From an uncultured Chloroflexia bacterium (GTDB taxonomy: Bacteria > Chloroflexota > Limnocylindria > Limnocylindrales > CSP1-4), in assembly GCA_963697135.1 (NCBI GenBank), contig CAVOMZ010000016.1, positions 152,801-216,800 on the forward strand: a stretch of 64,000 bases of DNA, in the 5' to 3' direction. The notes beneath the pieces are model-generated. The model was given only the letters and a program-made list of their open reading frames with translations. It had not been told where the DNA came from and did no database searches. Numbering within the stretch: position 1 is the first letter of the stretch; each line of letters starts with the position of its first letter. Made by a program: the position numbers and the translations under genes. Positions 35,354 to 47,566 of this stretch are shown in pieces.

Positions 35354-36054
35354 ATGCTCGTACCGATGGTCATCGAATCGTCGAGCCGCGGAGAGCGCGC
35401 CTACGACATCTACTCGCGCCTGCTGAAGGAGCGGATCATCTTCCTGGGCGACCAGATCGATGACCACATGGCCAACCTGGTGATCGCCCAGCTGCTCTTC
35501 CTCGAGTCGGAGGATCCCGAGCGGGACATCAGCCTGTACATCAACTCGCCCGGCGGGGTGGTCACCTCGGGCCTGGCGATCTACGACACGATGCAGTTCC
35601 TGCGGGCCCCGGTCAGCACCCTCTGCATCGGGATGGCCGCCAGCATGGCCGCGGTCCTGCTCGCGGCCGGGCGCCAAGGGCAAGCGCTATGCCCTGCCCA
35701 ATAGCCGGATCATGATCCACCAGGGCTCAGGCGGCTTCCGCGGCAACGCGCCCGACGCCATGATCCAGATGCGCGAGTGGGAGCGCCTGGTCGAGGTCAA
35801 CAACGGGATCCTCGCCCGCCACACCGGCCAGGCCCTCGACAAGATCGACCGCGACACCGACCGGGACTTCTTCATGTCCGGTGAAGAGGCGCGCGACTAT
35901 GGCATCATCGATGAGGTGTACACGATGACCGGCGACTCGCTGATCGCCCAGGCCCACGACGCCGGGGCGCCCGGCGGCGACGTGGATGCCCTGACCGACG
36001 CCGAGGCGGCTCGCCGCCGACGAGGTCCGGGCCCCGCGCAAGGTCAAGGACTGA
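35354..36054 (+). CDS. clpP: ATP-dependent Clp protease proteolytic subunit (frameshifted)
   Basis: [36 protein letters not shown] and DTDRDFFMS. Confidence 0.95.
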
Positions 36055-36056
36055 CC

Positions 36057-37394
<1,338 letters not shown>

Positions 37395-37398
<4 letters not shown>

Positions 37399-38815
37399 GC
37401 CCGCCCGACCGGTCGGCCGAGGGGGCCGCCGGAGCTCGCTCGATCGTGATCCTTGGGGGCGGCTTCTCGGGCACGATGGTCGCCGTCCACCTCCTCCGGG
37501 CGGCCCGGGAACCCCTCGAGATCAGCCTGGTCGAGCGCCGGCCGATCATCGGCCAGGGCCTGGCCTACTCGACCACCCTGGGGACCCACGTCCTCAACGT
37601 GCCGGCCGCGAAGATGGGCGCCTTCGCCGAGGGAGTCGACGACTTCCAGCGCTGGCTGAAGGCGCTCGAGCCGGAGTTCGGGGCCTTCGCCGCGGACGGC
37701 TTCGTTCCCCGGATCTGGTACGGCACCTACCTCCGGGCGATCCTGGCCGAGGCCGAGGTTGTCGCCCTCGACGGCGTTCGCCTGAACCGGCTGGCCGACT
37801 CGGTCGAGGCCGTGGAGCCGGCGTGACGACGGGCTCGAGGTCCGCCTCGCCTCGGGTGACCGGCTGTTCGCCGGCCGGCTGGTGCTGGCCTTCGGCAACC
37901 TGGCCGCAGACGACCCAGCCGCTCGAGTCCGGCCGGCTGGCCGATGAGCCGGCCTACCTCCACGACGCCTGGGATACCGAAGCGGTCCGGGCGATCCCGA
38001 GCGAGGCCGACGTGCTCCTGGTCGGGACCGGCCTGACGATGGTCGACTGGGCGTTCTCGCTCGCCCGGCTCGGTCATCGCGGCCGGATCCACGCCGTGTC
38101 GCGCCACGGCCTCCTGCCCCGCAGCCACGGGCCGGCGGCGGCGATCGAGCTCGGACCGGGAATCGGCGCTGCTCCGGCCACGGCCCTCGGCCTGAGCCAG
38201 GCGGTCCGGGCCGAGGTCGAGCGGGTCGTCGCCGGCGGGGGCGACTGGCGCTCCGTGGTCGATGCGCTCCGGCCCCGAACGCAGGCGCTGTGGGCCGGCC
38301 TGCCGACCGACGAACGGCGCCGGTTCATGCGCCATCTCCGGCCCTACTGGGACGTCCATCGCCACCGGGCCGCACCCCACGTCGCGGCCCAGGTCGAGGA
38401 GCTCCGCCGGAGCGGCCAGCTCAACTGGTCGCCGGCCGGCTCGTCCGGGTCGAGCCGGCCGCCTCGGGCGTGGTCGTCCAGATCCGCCGGCGCGGATCGG
38501 GCGAGGAGCTGGACCTGCCGGTCGCCCGGATCATCAACGCGATCGGGCCGGGCGGCGACATCCGGCGGAGCCGCGAGCCGCTGGTCGAGGACCTGCTGGA
38601 GGGCGGCCTGGCCCAGGCCGATCCGCTCGGGCTCGGCCTTCGCACGGCCCCCGACGGCGGCCTGCTCGATCGGTTGGACCGGCCATCCGACCGGCTGTTC
38701 ACGCTCGGATCGCCCCGACGGGGCGACCTCTGGGAGTCGACCGCGGTGCCCGAGCTGCGGGTCCAGGCCGCCCGGCTGGCCGAGCGCCTGCTCGGGGAAG
38801 CGGATGTGGGCCCGT
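37395..38815 (+). CDS. FAD/NAD(P)-binding protein (COG4529/YdhS-like; frameshifted, ends approximate)
   Basis: [16 protein letters not shown]...[36 protein letters not shown] and [10 protein letters not shown]. Confidence 0.8.
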
Positions 38816-38834
38816 GCTACACTCCCGGCTCACG

Positions 38835-39063
38835 GCGAGGACCGGGAAGAGTAGCGCCAGGCGGGCCGGCAGCGAGTCCGGGACGGTGGAAGCCGGACAG
38901 GCAACCGCGGCGCGAACGTCGCTCGCGAGCCGTGCGGCCGGCGTCCGATAGCGCGCCGTGAGGACCCCCGGGCTTCAGCGATCGCGATGAGCGAGCGCGC
39001 CGGTGGTCGAACCAGCAGGTGGTACCACGACCCCGTTCGTCCGCTGGACGAGCGGGCTTTTTC
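38835..39063 (+). promoter_or_regulatory. T-box riboswitch (Val) with terminator
   Basis: GA motif and AGTA, AG/GGTGGAA stem I apex, specifier GAAC-GTC (Val, 38918-38920), T-box AGGTGGTACCACG (39017-39029), and terminator CCCGTTCGTCC/GGACGAGCGGG followed by a T-run. Confidence 0.85.
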
Positions 39064-39091
39064 GTGGTCGAGCCCGAACAGGAGCGCCGCG

Positions 39092-41849
39092 ATGGCCGAC
39101 AACCAGCAGACCACGAGCCTCGCCCGGACCTACGACCCGGCCGTGGTCGAGGGCGAGATCTACGAGCGCTGGCTGGCCGCGGACGTCTTCGCCCCGGACG
39201 GCGCCGGCAGCCGGGCCCGTCCCGGGGCCGCGCCGTTCGTCATCATCCAGCCGCCGCCGAACGTGACCGGCGCGCTCCACCTGGGCCACGCGTTCACCGC
39301 CGACATGGAGGACGTGATGGTCCGCCATGCCCGGATGAATGGCCGGCCGACCCTCTGGCTGCCGGGCCTCGACCATGCCTCGATCGCGGCCCAGGTCGTC
39401 CTCGATCGGATCCTCGATCGGGAGGGCGAGTCGCGGGCCTCGCTTGGTCGCGAGCGCTACCTCGAGCGAATGTGGGCCTTCGTCGACGAGACCCGCGACA
39501 CGATCCTCAGGCAGAGTCGCCGGTTCGGCTCGTCGCTCGACTGGCCCCGCCTCCGGTTCACCATGGACGAGACGAGCGCGACGGCCGTCCGGACGGCCTT
39601 CGCCCGGCTGTATCGCGACGGCCTGGCCTACCGGACCGAGGCCCTGGCCAACTGGTGCGTCGGCTGCCAGACGACCGTGAGCGACCTCGAGGTCGTGCCC
39701 ACGCCCGAGAGCGGCACGCTCTGGACGATCCGCTACCACCTGGCCGGGGCCGATGGCCGGCCGGACTCCGAGCGCTGGATCGAGATCGCCACGACCCGCC
39801 CGGAGACACTCCTGGGCGACGTCGCCGTGGCCGTCCATCCCGACGACCCGCGCTACGCCGGGCTCGTCGGGTCGAACGTGATCGTGCCCTTCGTCGAGCG
39901 GACGTGCCGGTCATCGCCGACGACGTCGTCCGGCCCGAGTTCGGGACCGGGGCGGTCAAGATCACCCCGGCCCACGATCCCGAAGACTATGCCACCGGCC
40001 GGCGGCATGGCCTGGCGATGATCAACGTGTTCGACGACCTGGGCCGGATCAACGAGTTCGGCGATGGCTACGCCGGCCTGCCCCTGGCCGAGGCTCGCCG
40101 GCGGATCCTGGCCGAGCTCGACGCCCGGGGCGACCTCGTCGCGGCCGTTCCCCACGAGATGCTGATCGGGCGCTGCCAGCGCAGCAACGACGTGATCGAG
40201 CCGCGCCTGAAGACCCAGTGGTTCATCCGGACCAAGCCCCTGGCCGCCCAGGCCCTGGAGGCGACCCGGAGCGGGCGGACCCGGATCGTGCCCGGCCGGT
40301 TCGAGAAGGTCTGGGAGCACTGGCTGACCGAGATCCGCGACTGGAACGTCAGCCGCCAGCTCTGGTGGGGCCACCGGATTCCGGCCTGGTACTGCCCGGA
40401 TGGGCCACATCACGCGTGACCGAGGATCCGGCCGGGCCCTCGGCCTGCGAAACCTGCGGCCGGCCGGCGGCCGAGCTGATCCAGGACCCGGACATCTTCG
40501 ACACCTGGTTCTCGAGCGGCCTGTGGCCGCTCTCGACCCTGGGCTGGCCGGCCGAGACCGAGGACCTCCGCCGGTACTACCCGGGCTCGGTCATGGAGAC
40601 GGGCTACGACATCATCTTCTTCTGGGTGGCCCGGATGATGATGCTGGGCATCCACTTCACCAACCAGGAACCGTTCCACACGGTCTACCTCCACGGGATG
40701 GTCCGCGATCCGGTCGGCCGGAAGATGTCGAAGACGATCGGCAACGTGGTCGACCCGCTCGAGCTGATCGAGGCGAGTGGGGCGGACGCCCTGCGCTTCA
40801 CCCTGATCAACGGCACCTCGCCGGGCAACGACCAGCGACTGTCGACCGAGCGGGTCGAGGCCGCCCGGAACTTCGCCAACAAGCTCTGGAACGCGGCGAG
40901 GTTCGTGCTCGGCGCCCGTCCAGCGACGATCGCGCCGGATGCTCCCAGGCGGGCGCCCGACCCGGCCCTGCTCGGTCCCACCGAGCGCTGGATCCTGAGC
41001 CGGACGGCCGCAACCGCCGCCGCGGTCGACCGGGCCTTCGCCGAATACGCCTTCGGCGAGGCGACCCGGGTCCTGTACGACGCCGTCTGGGGCGAGCTGT
41101 GCGACTGGGGCATCGAGCTGGCCAAGGTCCGGCTGGCTGACCCGGGACTCGCGCCGGAGGTCCGCGAGGCCACCTGGTGGACGCTCGTTGGCGCGCTCGA
41201 CGTCGACCTTCGCCTGCTCCATCCATTCCTGCCGTTCGTGACCGAGGCGATCTGGACGGCGATGCCCCACGCCGTGGACGACGCAGCGCTTCTGATCGTG
41301 GCCGATTGGCCGGCGCCCGAGGTCGCCGCCTGGCAAGACGCCGCCGCCGAATCCGAGGTCGAGCAGCTGATCGAGCTCGTCCGGGGGATTCGGAACGCTC
41401 GATCCGAGGCCCGGATCGAGCCCGCCGCCTGGCTTCCCGTCGACCTGGTCGCGGAGCCGGCGAGCGGACCGATGATCGAGGCCCTTCGCCCGGCGATCGA
41501 GCGGCTTGCCCGGGCCCGGCCGCTGACGGTCCGAGCTTCCAGGGCCGAGCTCGACCCGGCTCTTTCGGCCGGTGGCCTGGCGGTGATCGGCCAGGGATTC
41601 GAGGCGGTCGTCAGCCGGCCGGTTCCGTCCGAGGCCGGGGTTCCGGCCGAGAGCGACGGCGGGTCCGACCGGCAACGGCTCGAGCGCGAGCTCGCCGGGG
41701 CTGGCGAGCAGCTGGCGGCCGTCCGGGAACGGCTGGCCAACGAGGCCTTCACCAGCCGGGCCCCGGCAACCGTGGTCGAAGGCGCCAGGAACCGGGAGCG
41801 GGAGCTGGCCGAGCAGGTCGAGCGGCTGACTGACCGGCTCGGCAGCTGA
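39092..41849 (+). CDS. valS: Valine--tRNA ligase (frameshifts near 39900 and 40410)
   Basis: PPPNVTGALHLGHA, IATTRPET, GTGAVKITPAHD, DWNVSRQLWWGH, DTWFSS and KMSKT. Confidence 0.95.
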
Positions 41850-41995
41850 GCCCGAGCCAGCTGAGCTCGCGCATCAGCGGCCCGTCCGGTTGACGCAACG
41901 GCCCGATGGTCACCCTGTCCGGTGGCCAGCCCCGGGTTATCATCGGCCGCAAGCCACCGAAGCGGGTTGCGGCCCGGATCAACGGGGAGTCATGC

Positions 41996-42742
41996 GTGCC
42001 ACCTGAATTCCTGCGACGGAGCAAGACGACGCCGGCTGCGCCGGCCCCGCCTGAAGCTCCGGACTCGTCATTGCCGGAGGAGACGACCGCCCAGGAGTAT
42101 CAGCTGAAGCTGTACTACGCGGGCAAGAGCAGCGCCGGAGTCCGGTTCAAGGCCGGTCCGCGGACGATGGACGAGATCCCGGGCATGCTGACCGGCATCG
42201 CCAAGAGTGACGTCGAGATGGTCGAGCCGCTGCCGATCGAGTTCAGCCAGGCCACGCCCTCGATCGTCCATCCGTCCGAGGCGATGCAGTGGCTCAACGC
42301 CCACCACGCCAACTCGCCGATCACCCGCCACGCCCTGGTTGTCCTCGAATCGATCGATGCAATCGACCTTGCCTTCGATACCTTCGCCTGCGGCCTGCTC
42401 GACGGCGAGACCGACACCTCGGGCTACCCGGAATACAGCGCGATCGTCGGCGGGATCGCTTCCCACTGGGACGAGTCGAACGGTGACCTCGTCCTGCGAG
42501 CCGTGGTCGGCTGGGGCGGCCGGGGCGTCCGCGGCGACACCGACCGGACCGGTGCCCGAATCCTGGGTGGGATGCTGACGAACATCATGGCCAACCAGTA
42601 CTCGATGGGCCTGACCTCGCTCGAGCGGCCGGTGCCCGCGGCCGGTCGCGGTGGCGTCGTCTGCGCCCACTGCGGCTTCGCCTCGGCCCACGAGCGCGCG
42701 TTCTACTGTCCGAAGTGCGGCATGCGGCTCCTGCGAGGTTAG
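41996..42742 (+). CDS. Hypothetical protein with C-terminal zinc ribbon
   Basis: Intact ORF with GGGGAG SD; ends CAHCG...FYCPKCG. Confidence 0.7.
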   Translation: MPPEFLRRSKTTPAAPAPPEAPDSSLPEETTAQEYQLKLYYAGKSSAGVRFKAGPRTMDEIPGMLTGIAKSDVEMVEPLPIEFSQATPSIVHPSEAMQWLNAHHANSPITRHALVVLESIDAIDLAFDTFACGLLDGETDTSGYPEYSAIVGGIASHWDESNGDLVLRAVVGWGGRGVRGDTDRTGARILGGMLTNIMANQYSMGLTSLERPVPAAGRGGVVCAHCGFASAHERAFYCPKCGMRLLRG

Positions 42743-42753
42743 GCTGCGCCTCG

Positions 42754-43221
42754 ATGCCCACCTACGACTACACCTGCTCGAGCTGCGGCCAGACGACCGA
42801 GCTCGTCCACTCGATCAACGGCGGGCCGCCCGAAGCGTGCCCGGCCTGCGGCGCGATCGGCACCCTGCGCAAGGAGTTCAATGCCCCGACGATCCTCTAC
42901 AAGGGATCGGGCTGGGCGAAGAAGGACCGCAGCGGAGCCGGCAGCAAGGCCACCAAGTCGTCGGATTCCAGCTCTGCCAGCTCCTCTCGGAGCGCCGGCG
43001 AAGGCACCTCGCAATCGAATGAATCCGGCTCGGGCGGCGATGGCAAATCGAGCGAAGGACCATCGGCCGGGACTGCGGCTTCCGAGCGGGGTGCCGGCTC
43101 CGGTTCAGGCTCGGGATCCGGTTCAGGCTCGGGATCGGGCTCCGGCGAGGGATCGGGTTCGGGCGGGAGCGACAGGGGCAGCTCCAGCAAGGCGGCCGCG
43201 GCTGCCTCGAAGGGCGATTGA
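42754..43221 (+). CDS. FmdB-family zinc-ribbon protein with Gly/Ser-rich tail
   Basis: MPTYDYTCSSCG...CPACG...ILYKGSGW..KD. Confidence 0.85.
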   Translation: MPTYDYTCSSCGQTTELVHSINGGPPEACPACGAIGTLRKEFNAPTILYKGSGWAKKDRSGAGSKATKSSDSSSASSSRSAGEGTSQSNESGSGGDGKSSEGPSAGTAASERGAGSGSGSGSGSGSGSGSGEGSGSGGSDRGSSSKAAAAASKGD

Positions 43222-43222
43222 C

Positions 43223-43456
43223 GTGCCGACTCCTTCGGACTGGATCACGCTGGCCCAGGCCTCCGAGCTGCTGGCCGCGGCCAACATCCACTTCCGGCCG
43301 GCAACGATCGGGGCCTGGGCTCGGAGCGGCCGGCTTCAGAGCATCAAGCTCGGCGGCCGGCGCTATGTCCGTCGCGGCCAGGTACGAGGCCTGATCGCCG
43401 CGCCCCGGCACGTTCGGTCGGCCGATCTCCAACCGGGCCTGTTCGAGGAGCTCTGA
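43223..43456 (+). CDS. Small excisionase-like HTH_17 DNA-binding protein
   Basis: WITLAQASELL...ATIGAWARSGRLQSIKLGGRRYVRR. Confidence 0.7.
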   Translation: MPTPSDWITLAQASELLAAANIHFRPATIGAWARSGRLQSIKLGGRRYVRRGQVRGLIAAPRHVRSADLQPGLFEEL

Positions 43457-43623
43457 CCCGGAGCTCGTCCAGGATCGTCATCGTGACGGCGGGGGGGTGT
43501 CCTCGCTGCGACCCCTCGCGGAGCAGCCCGAGGCTCAGCGTCCCGTGAGCGGTCGCAGTCAGGACACCCTTGCGCGAGCCACTCGGTTTTCAGCGGCTTC
43601 TGCGTGGGTGAGTTCCTGACAGG
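43437..43623. ncRNA. Candidate rod-shaped structured RNA (~190 nt, possibly 6S-like)
   Basis: Outer pairing CCTGT..AGGAGCTC..ACCC with GGGTGAGTTCCTGACAGG. Inner stem GGGTGTCCT-CTGCGACC-CTCGCGG with CCGTGAG-GGTCGCAG-AGGACACCC. Open central region between them. Confidence 0.4.
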
Positions 43624-43835
43624 TCGCGACCAATCTCGACGCTACGGTGACTCGGCCGCTCCCGATCGATCGCATCGACCAGTTTCCGTCTAATTCCACG
43701 CTCGGGTCACCAACAAATCGCAGACAAATCCGGGCCAGGAACGGTGAACGGGCGGGTGATCAAGGTCGCAGCCGACCATAACGTCGACGCATCTCGAGAT
43801 CTGTCAGCCCCCGTGTCGGGCACGAGACGGCCGGA

Positions 43836-46130
43836 TCAGCCCTGGGGAGATCCGCAGCGCCGGCAGAACCGGGCGTTCGACGAGAGCGACAGTCCGCACT
43901 TCACGCAGGACTGCACCCCTGGCTGAGCCACGGCCTGGTCCGGGGTCGCCGCGTGAGCCCGCGCCCCAAGAACTTCCTGCGCGGAGGCGTTCCACAGGCC
44001 GGCTTCGACGGCTGACCGGGCGGCATCGCCGGACGCCCAGAACGGCGTGCTGCTGAGATCAGGTCCGGGCGTCCTCGGTGCCGGCCACTGGGGCGGCCCG
44101 GCTGGACGGGGCGGCTGGCTCGCGGCCACCGCGAACGGCGCGGCGAGCGGCGGCGCAACGGGCGGCGGCACTTCGGGCGCCGGCGCGACCGGTGGGACCG
44201 GTGGGACCGCGTCGGCCGGGGAAGCCGAGACGAGCGGAGGCAGGGCGGCCGCGGCCGCTGCGGCCGGCTGGGGCTGGACGGGCCGGCGGCGATCCACGAG
44301 GGGCCAGGTTGGCATCTCGACGACGTCGGTCGGGGCGGAAGGCGCCGGGACCGGTGCGGCGGCTGGGGCGGGCGGCGCAGGCGGAGAAGCCACCGGCTCG
44401 GGCACCGGTGGTGGCTCGACAATCGCGGCGGCCTCGACAGTCGCGGGGGCCTCGGCGGCGGCCGCGGCAACGGCTGCGGCGGGCAAGGCCGGCTCGATCG
44501 GTGAAGGAGGCGCGACCGTCGGCTCGGGTGCCACGACGTTGACCGGCGCGGGCGCAACAGCGGGCGTCTCCGACGGGGCGTCCCAGCCCAATCCCGCGTC
44601 GAGCGGCACCGCAGCAGCAGCCCCTACCCGGAACCGGCCGAGAAGCCGGGCCGTGTGCGCGGCGAGCTCGCTTGCTCGTTGCTCTGCCGCGGGATCGGGG
44701 ACAAGCTCGGCGGCCGCGGCTGCCGGCTCTACAACCGGCTCGGCATCCCCAACGGGTTCGGGTTCGGGTTGGTCGATCGCGGCGTCTGCGGCAGCGGCGA
44801 CGACCGCGGCTTCCGGCCCCGCAGCGGGCTCCGGGGCTGCGACCGGCCCGGCGACAACGGATTCCGGTTCGACAACCTGGGCCGGCTCGGCCACCGCTTC
44901 GACCGCTGCGGCCTCCGCCTCAACGGGCAGTGGCTCGGCCGCCGCCCCGAGTTCAGGCTCGACAGCGGGGGCGGCACCTGCAACCGGCTCGGGCTCGGCG
45001 GCAAGCTCAGGCTCGGCCGCGAGCTCGGGATCGGGCGCGAGCTCGGGATCGGCCACGGACTCGGCACCTGCCACAGACTCCGTAACGGCCACGGGCTCGG
45101 CGATCGCAACCGCCTCGGGCTCGCTCGCGACCACCTCGGGCGCCGCGATGTCCTCCGCGACATTGGCGGTTTCGGCCCCGGCCTCGGCCGGCTCGTGGTG
45201 GCCGTTGCCGTTGCCATTCGTGGCCTCGGCCGGGCTGAAGTCGCTGAAGGGGCGCATCCAGTAGGTGGCAGCCGCCGACAGCTCCTCCGGCTCCCCGGCG
45301 GGCAGGGCCGCCTCCGGGCCAGCCTCGAGCGGCTCGGAGGCGGGCTCCGCTACCGCTTCGGGAGCGGGCTCGGCGGTCGCCTCGGCCTCCGGCTCAACGT
45401 CGGGCTCGGCGACCAGTTCGGGCACCGAATCGGCGACCGGCTCGGCGACCAGGTCGGGCACGGGTTCGGCGGCCGGTTCGGCGGAAGGTCGGCGACCGGT
45501 TCGGCGACGGCCTCGGGGCTGCGGAACAGGTCGATCGTCGGCCAGGCCGCTCCGAGGACGGCGGCCGGGACCGCATCATCGGTCGCTGCGCCGGGCGCGG
45601 CCGCCGTCCGCGGGGTCGGCTGTCGGGGCGAGGGCCGCCGCCGAGGCGATGAAGGCAATCGGCGCGCCCGGCCCGACCTGGGCGTTCGGTTCGACCGGGG
45701 GGAGGGCGCCGGCCCAGGCGGGCTCGGCAGCGGCCGGTGCCGGAACGAGCGGGGACATGCCGCCGCCGGCCAGCATGTCGTCGAATGCCGATCGAGTCTG
45801 GCTGCCGCCGATCACCATCGGCGCGCAGCTCAGGCAGCGACCTTCCGGCTCATTCCAGCAGTTCGCGCAGGTGTACTGCCGGCAGGACATGCAGAACTGG
45901 AACGTCTGATGGAACGCGTCGAGCTGCCCCCCGGTCAGCTCGCGCTGCTCATCCGAGCGCGCCTCAGCCAGAGCTTCGTCGAGTGAGGCATCGTCACTCA
46001 GGACGTAGTTCTTGAGTCCCTTGGACAGGACCCGCAGCTTGCCGATCCGGCGCTTCTTCGGAATGGCCGCCTCGAAGGTGTAGCGAGTGCCACACCGTTC
46101 ACAGAACGACTCGGTGATGATCTCGGTCAT
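43836..46130 (-). CDS. Long Ala/Pro/Glu-rich protein with N-terminal Cys-rich zinc finger and C-terminal zinc ribbon (frameshifted)
   Basis: N-terminal FCERCG...FCMSCRQYTCANCW...CLSC, a low-complexity middle, and C-terminal CVKCG...ARFCRRCG. Confidence 0.7.
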
Positions 46131-46354
46131 GCGACGTCCACGCGAGGGTCTCGCCAGGGGAAATCGCGCTCCCCGAGCGGGGCGAGAGTATAGCGCAGGG
46201 GTCCAAGCGAACCCTGAGTCGCAGGTACCCCCACCTCGTCCCGATCGTACGGCTGGCGGCAAGGTCGCGGGCCTGTCGTCCGGGCGGCCTGAACGCCGCG
46301 CTCAGGCGGTCCCGGGGCGGCCGCTCCGGGCGGCCTGCTAGACTCCGGCCGACC

Positions 46355-47116
46355 ATGCAGCCGATCGCCGCGGTCGAGCGGTTTCTCGAGCGGTTGCTCG
46401 AGCGACCGACCGCTCGCCTGTTCCACTCGCCCCTCCAGCCGATCCAAATTCAGCGTCGAATCGAGCGCACGATGGAGAGCGAACGGCGATCGGTGGGAGC
46501 CCGGACCCTGGTCCCGGATCACTACCGGGTCCATCTCGCCCCGACCGATGTCGCCGCCCTGGGGACCCAGGCCGAGGGGCTGGCGGCAAGCCTTGCGGAC
46601 GAGGCCCTGGCCTTTGCCCGAAGTCACGGCTACGTGCTCGAGCACGCGCCAACCGTCGAGCTCGTGGCCGACCGATCCGTGCCGGCCGCCGAGGTCCGGG
46701 TCTCGGTCGCGAAGCCCCGGGCGCCGGCCTCGGCCAGCGCGCCGGCCGCCGGGGTGCCCGTCCGGGGAAACGGCCTGGACGAGACCCGGGCCTACGAGAT
46801 CCCGGTCACCCCGGCCCCGGCCGCAGCCCTCCGCGAGCAGCGTCCCGATGGGGGCGGGCGGCGGATCCCGGTCGACGGCAGTGTGCTCACGATCGGCCGC
46901 TCCGCGGACAACCGGCTGGTCCTGGATGACCGGCGCGTGTCCCGCCACCACGCCCGGCTCCAGGCTCGCCGGGGGATGCTCGTGCTGACCGACCTCGACA
47001 GCGCCAACGGCTCACGGGTCAATGGAGTCACGGTGACCGAGGTGGCCCTCGGGGTGGGCGATCGGATCGAGCTGGGGACGACCGTCTTCGTGGTCGAAGC
47101 CCCGTCCCAGAGCTGA
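46355..47116 (+). CDS. FhaA-like DUF3662 + FHA domain protein
   Basis: ERFLERLLE...LQPIQI (DUF3662) and FHA IGRS...VSRHHA...DLDSANG. Confidence 0.9.
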   Translation: MQPIAAVERFLERLLERPTARLFHSPLQPIQIQRRIERTMESERRSVGARTLVPDHYRVHLAPTDVAALGTQAEGLAASLADEALAFARSHGYVLEHAPTVELVADRSVPAAEVRVSVAKPRAPASASAPAAGVPVRGNGLDETRAYEIPVTPAPAAALREQRPDGGGRRIPVDGSVLTIGRSADNRLVLDDRRVSRHHARLQARRGMLVLTDLDSANGSRVNGVTVTEVALGVGDRIELGTTVFVVEAPSQS

Positions 47117-47128
47117 GGATCCTGCCTG

Positions 47129-47566
47129 ATGGATCCCTATGTCGTTGCGATCTGGATCGTCCGGATCCTGTTCCTGGCCGGCCTCTACGTGTTCATGTTC
47201 GGGGTCGCCCGGCTGCTCATGCGTGACCTTCGGAGCTCGACCCGCGACCCGGGCGCGGCCCTCGCCCGGCTGGTCGTCGTGGCCTCCGACGTGCCCGAGC
47301 CGGCCCGGGGGACCGTCTTCGGGCTGGATGCCGTGGCCACGATCGGGCGCGACGTGAACAACTCGATCGTGGTCGAGGACGACTTCGTGTCGGTCGAGCA
47401 CGCGATCGTGGCCTTCCGGGCCCGGGCCTGGTATGTCGAGGACCTGGGCAGCACGAATGGGACCCTCGTGAACGGCGCCAGGATCGAGGGCCTGAGCGTC
47501 CTCGGCTACGGCGACGAGCTCCAGATCGGGCGGGTCCGGTTCCGGTTCGAGCGGGCTCGGCGATGA
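47129..47566 (+). CDS. FhaB-like membrane FHA protein
   Basis: N-terminal TM helix and IGRD...VSVEHA...EDLGSTNGT. Confidence 0.9.
   Translation: MDPYVVAIWIVRILFLAGLYVFMFGVARLLMRDLRSSTRDPGAALARLVVVASDVPEPARGTVFGLDAVATIGRDVNNSIVVEDDFVSVEHAIVAFRARAWYVEDLGSTNGTLVNGARIEGLSVLGYGDELQIGRVRFRFERARR

Noticed and set aside
43096-43163. GGCTCGGGATCCGGTTCA tandem repeats
   Set aside because: They simply encode the Gly-Ser tail of the FmdB-like protein.
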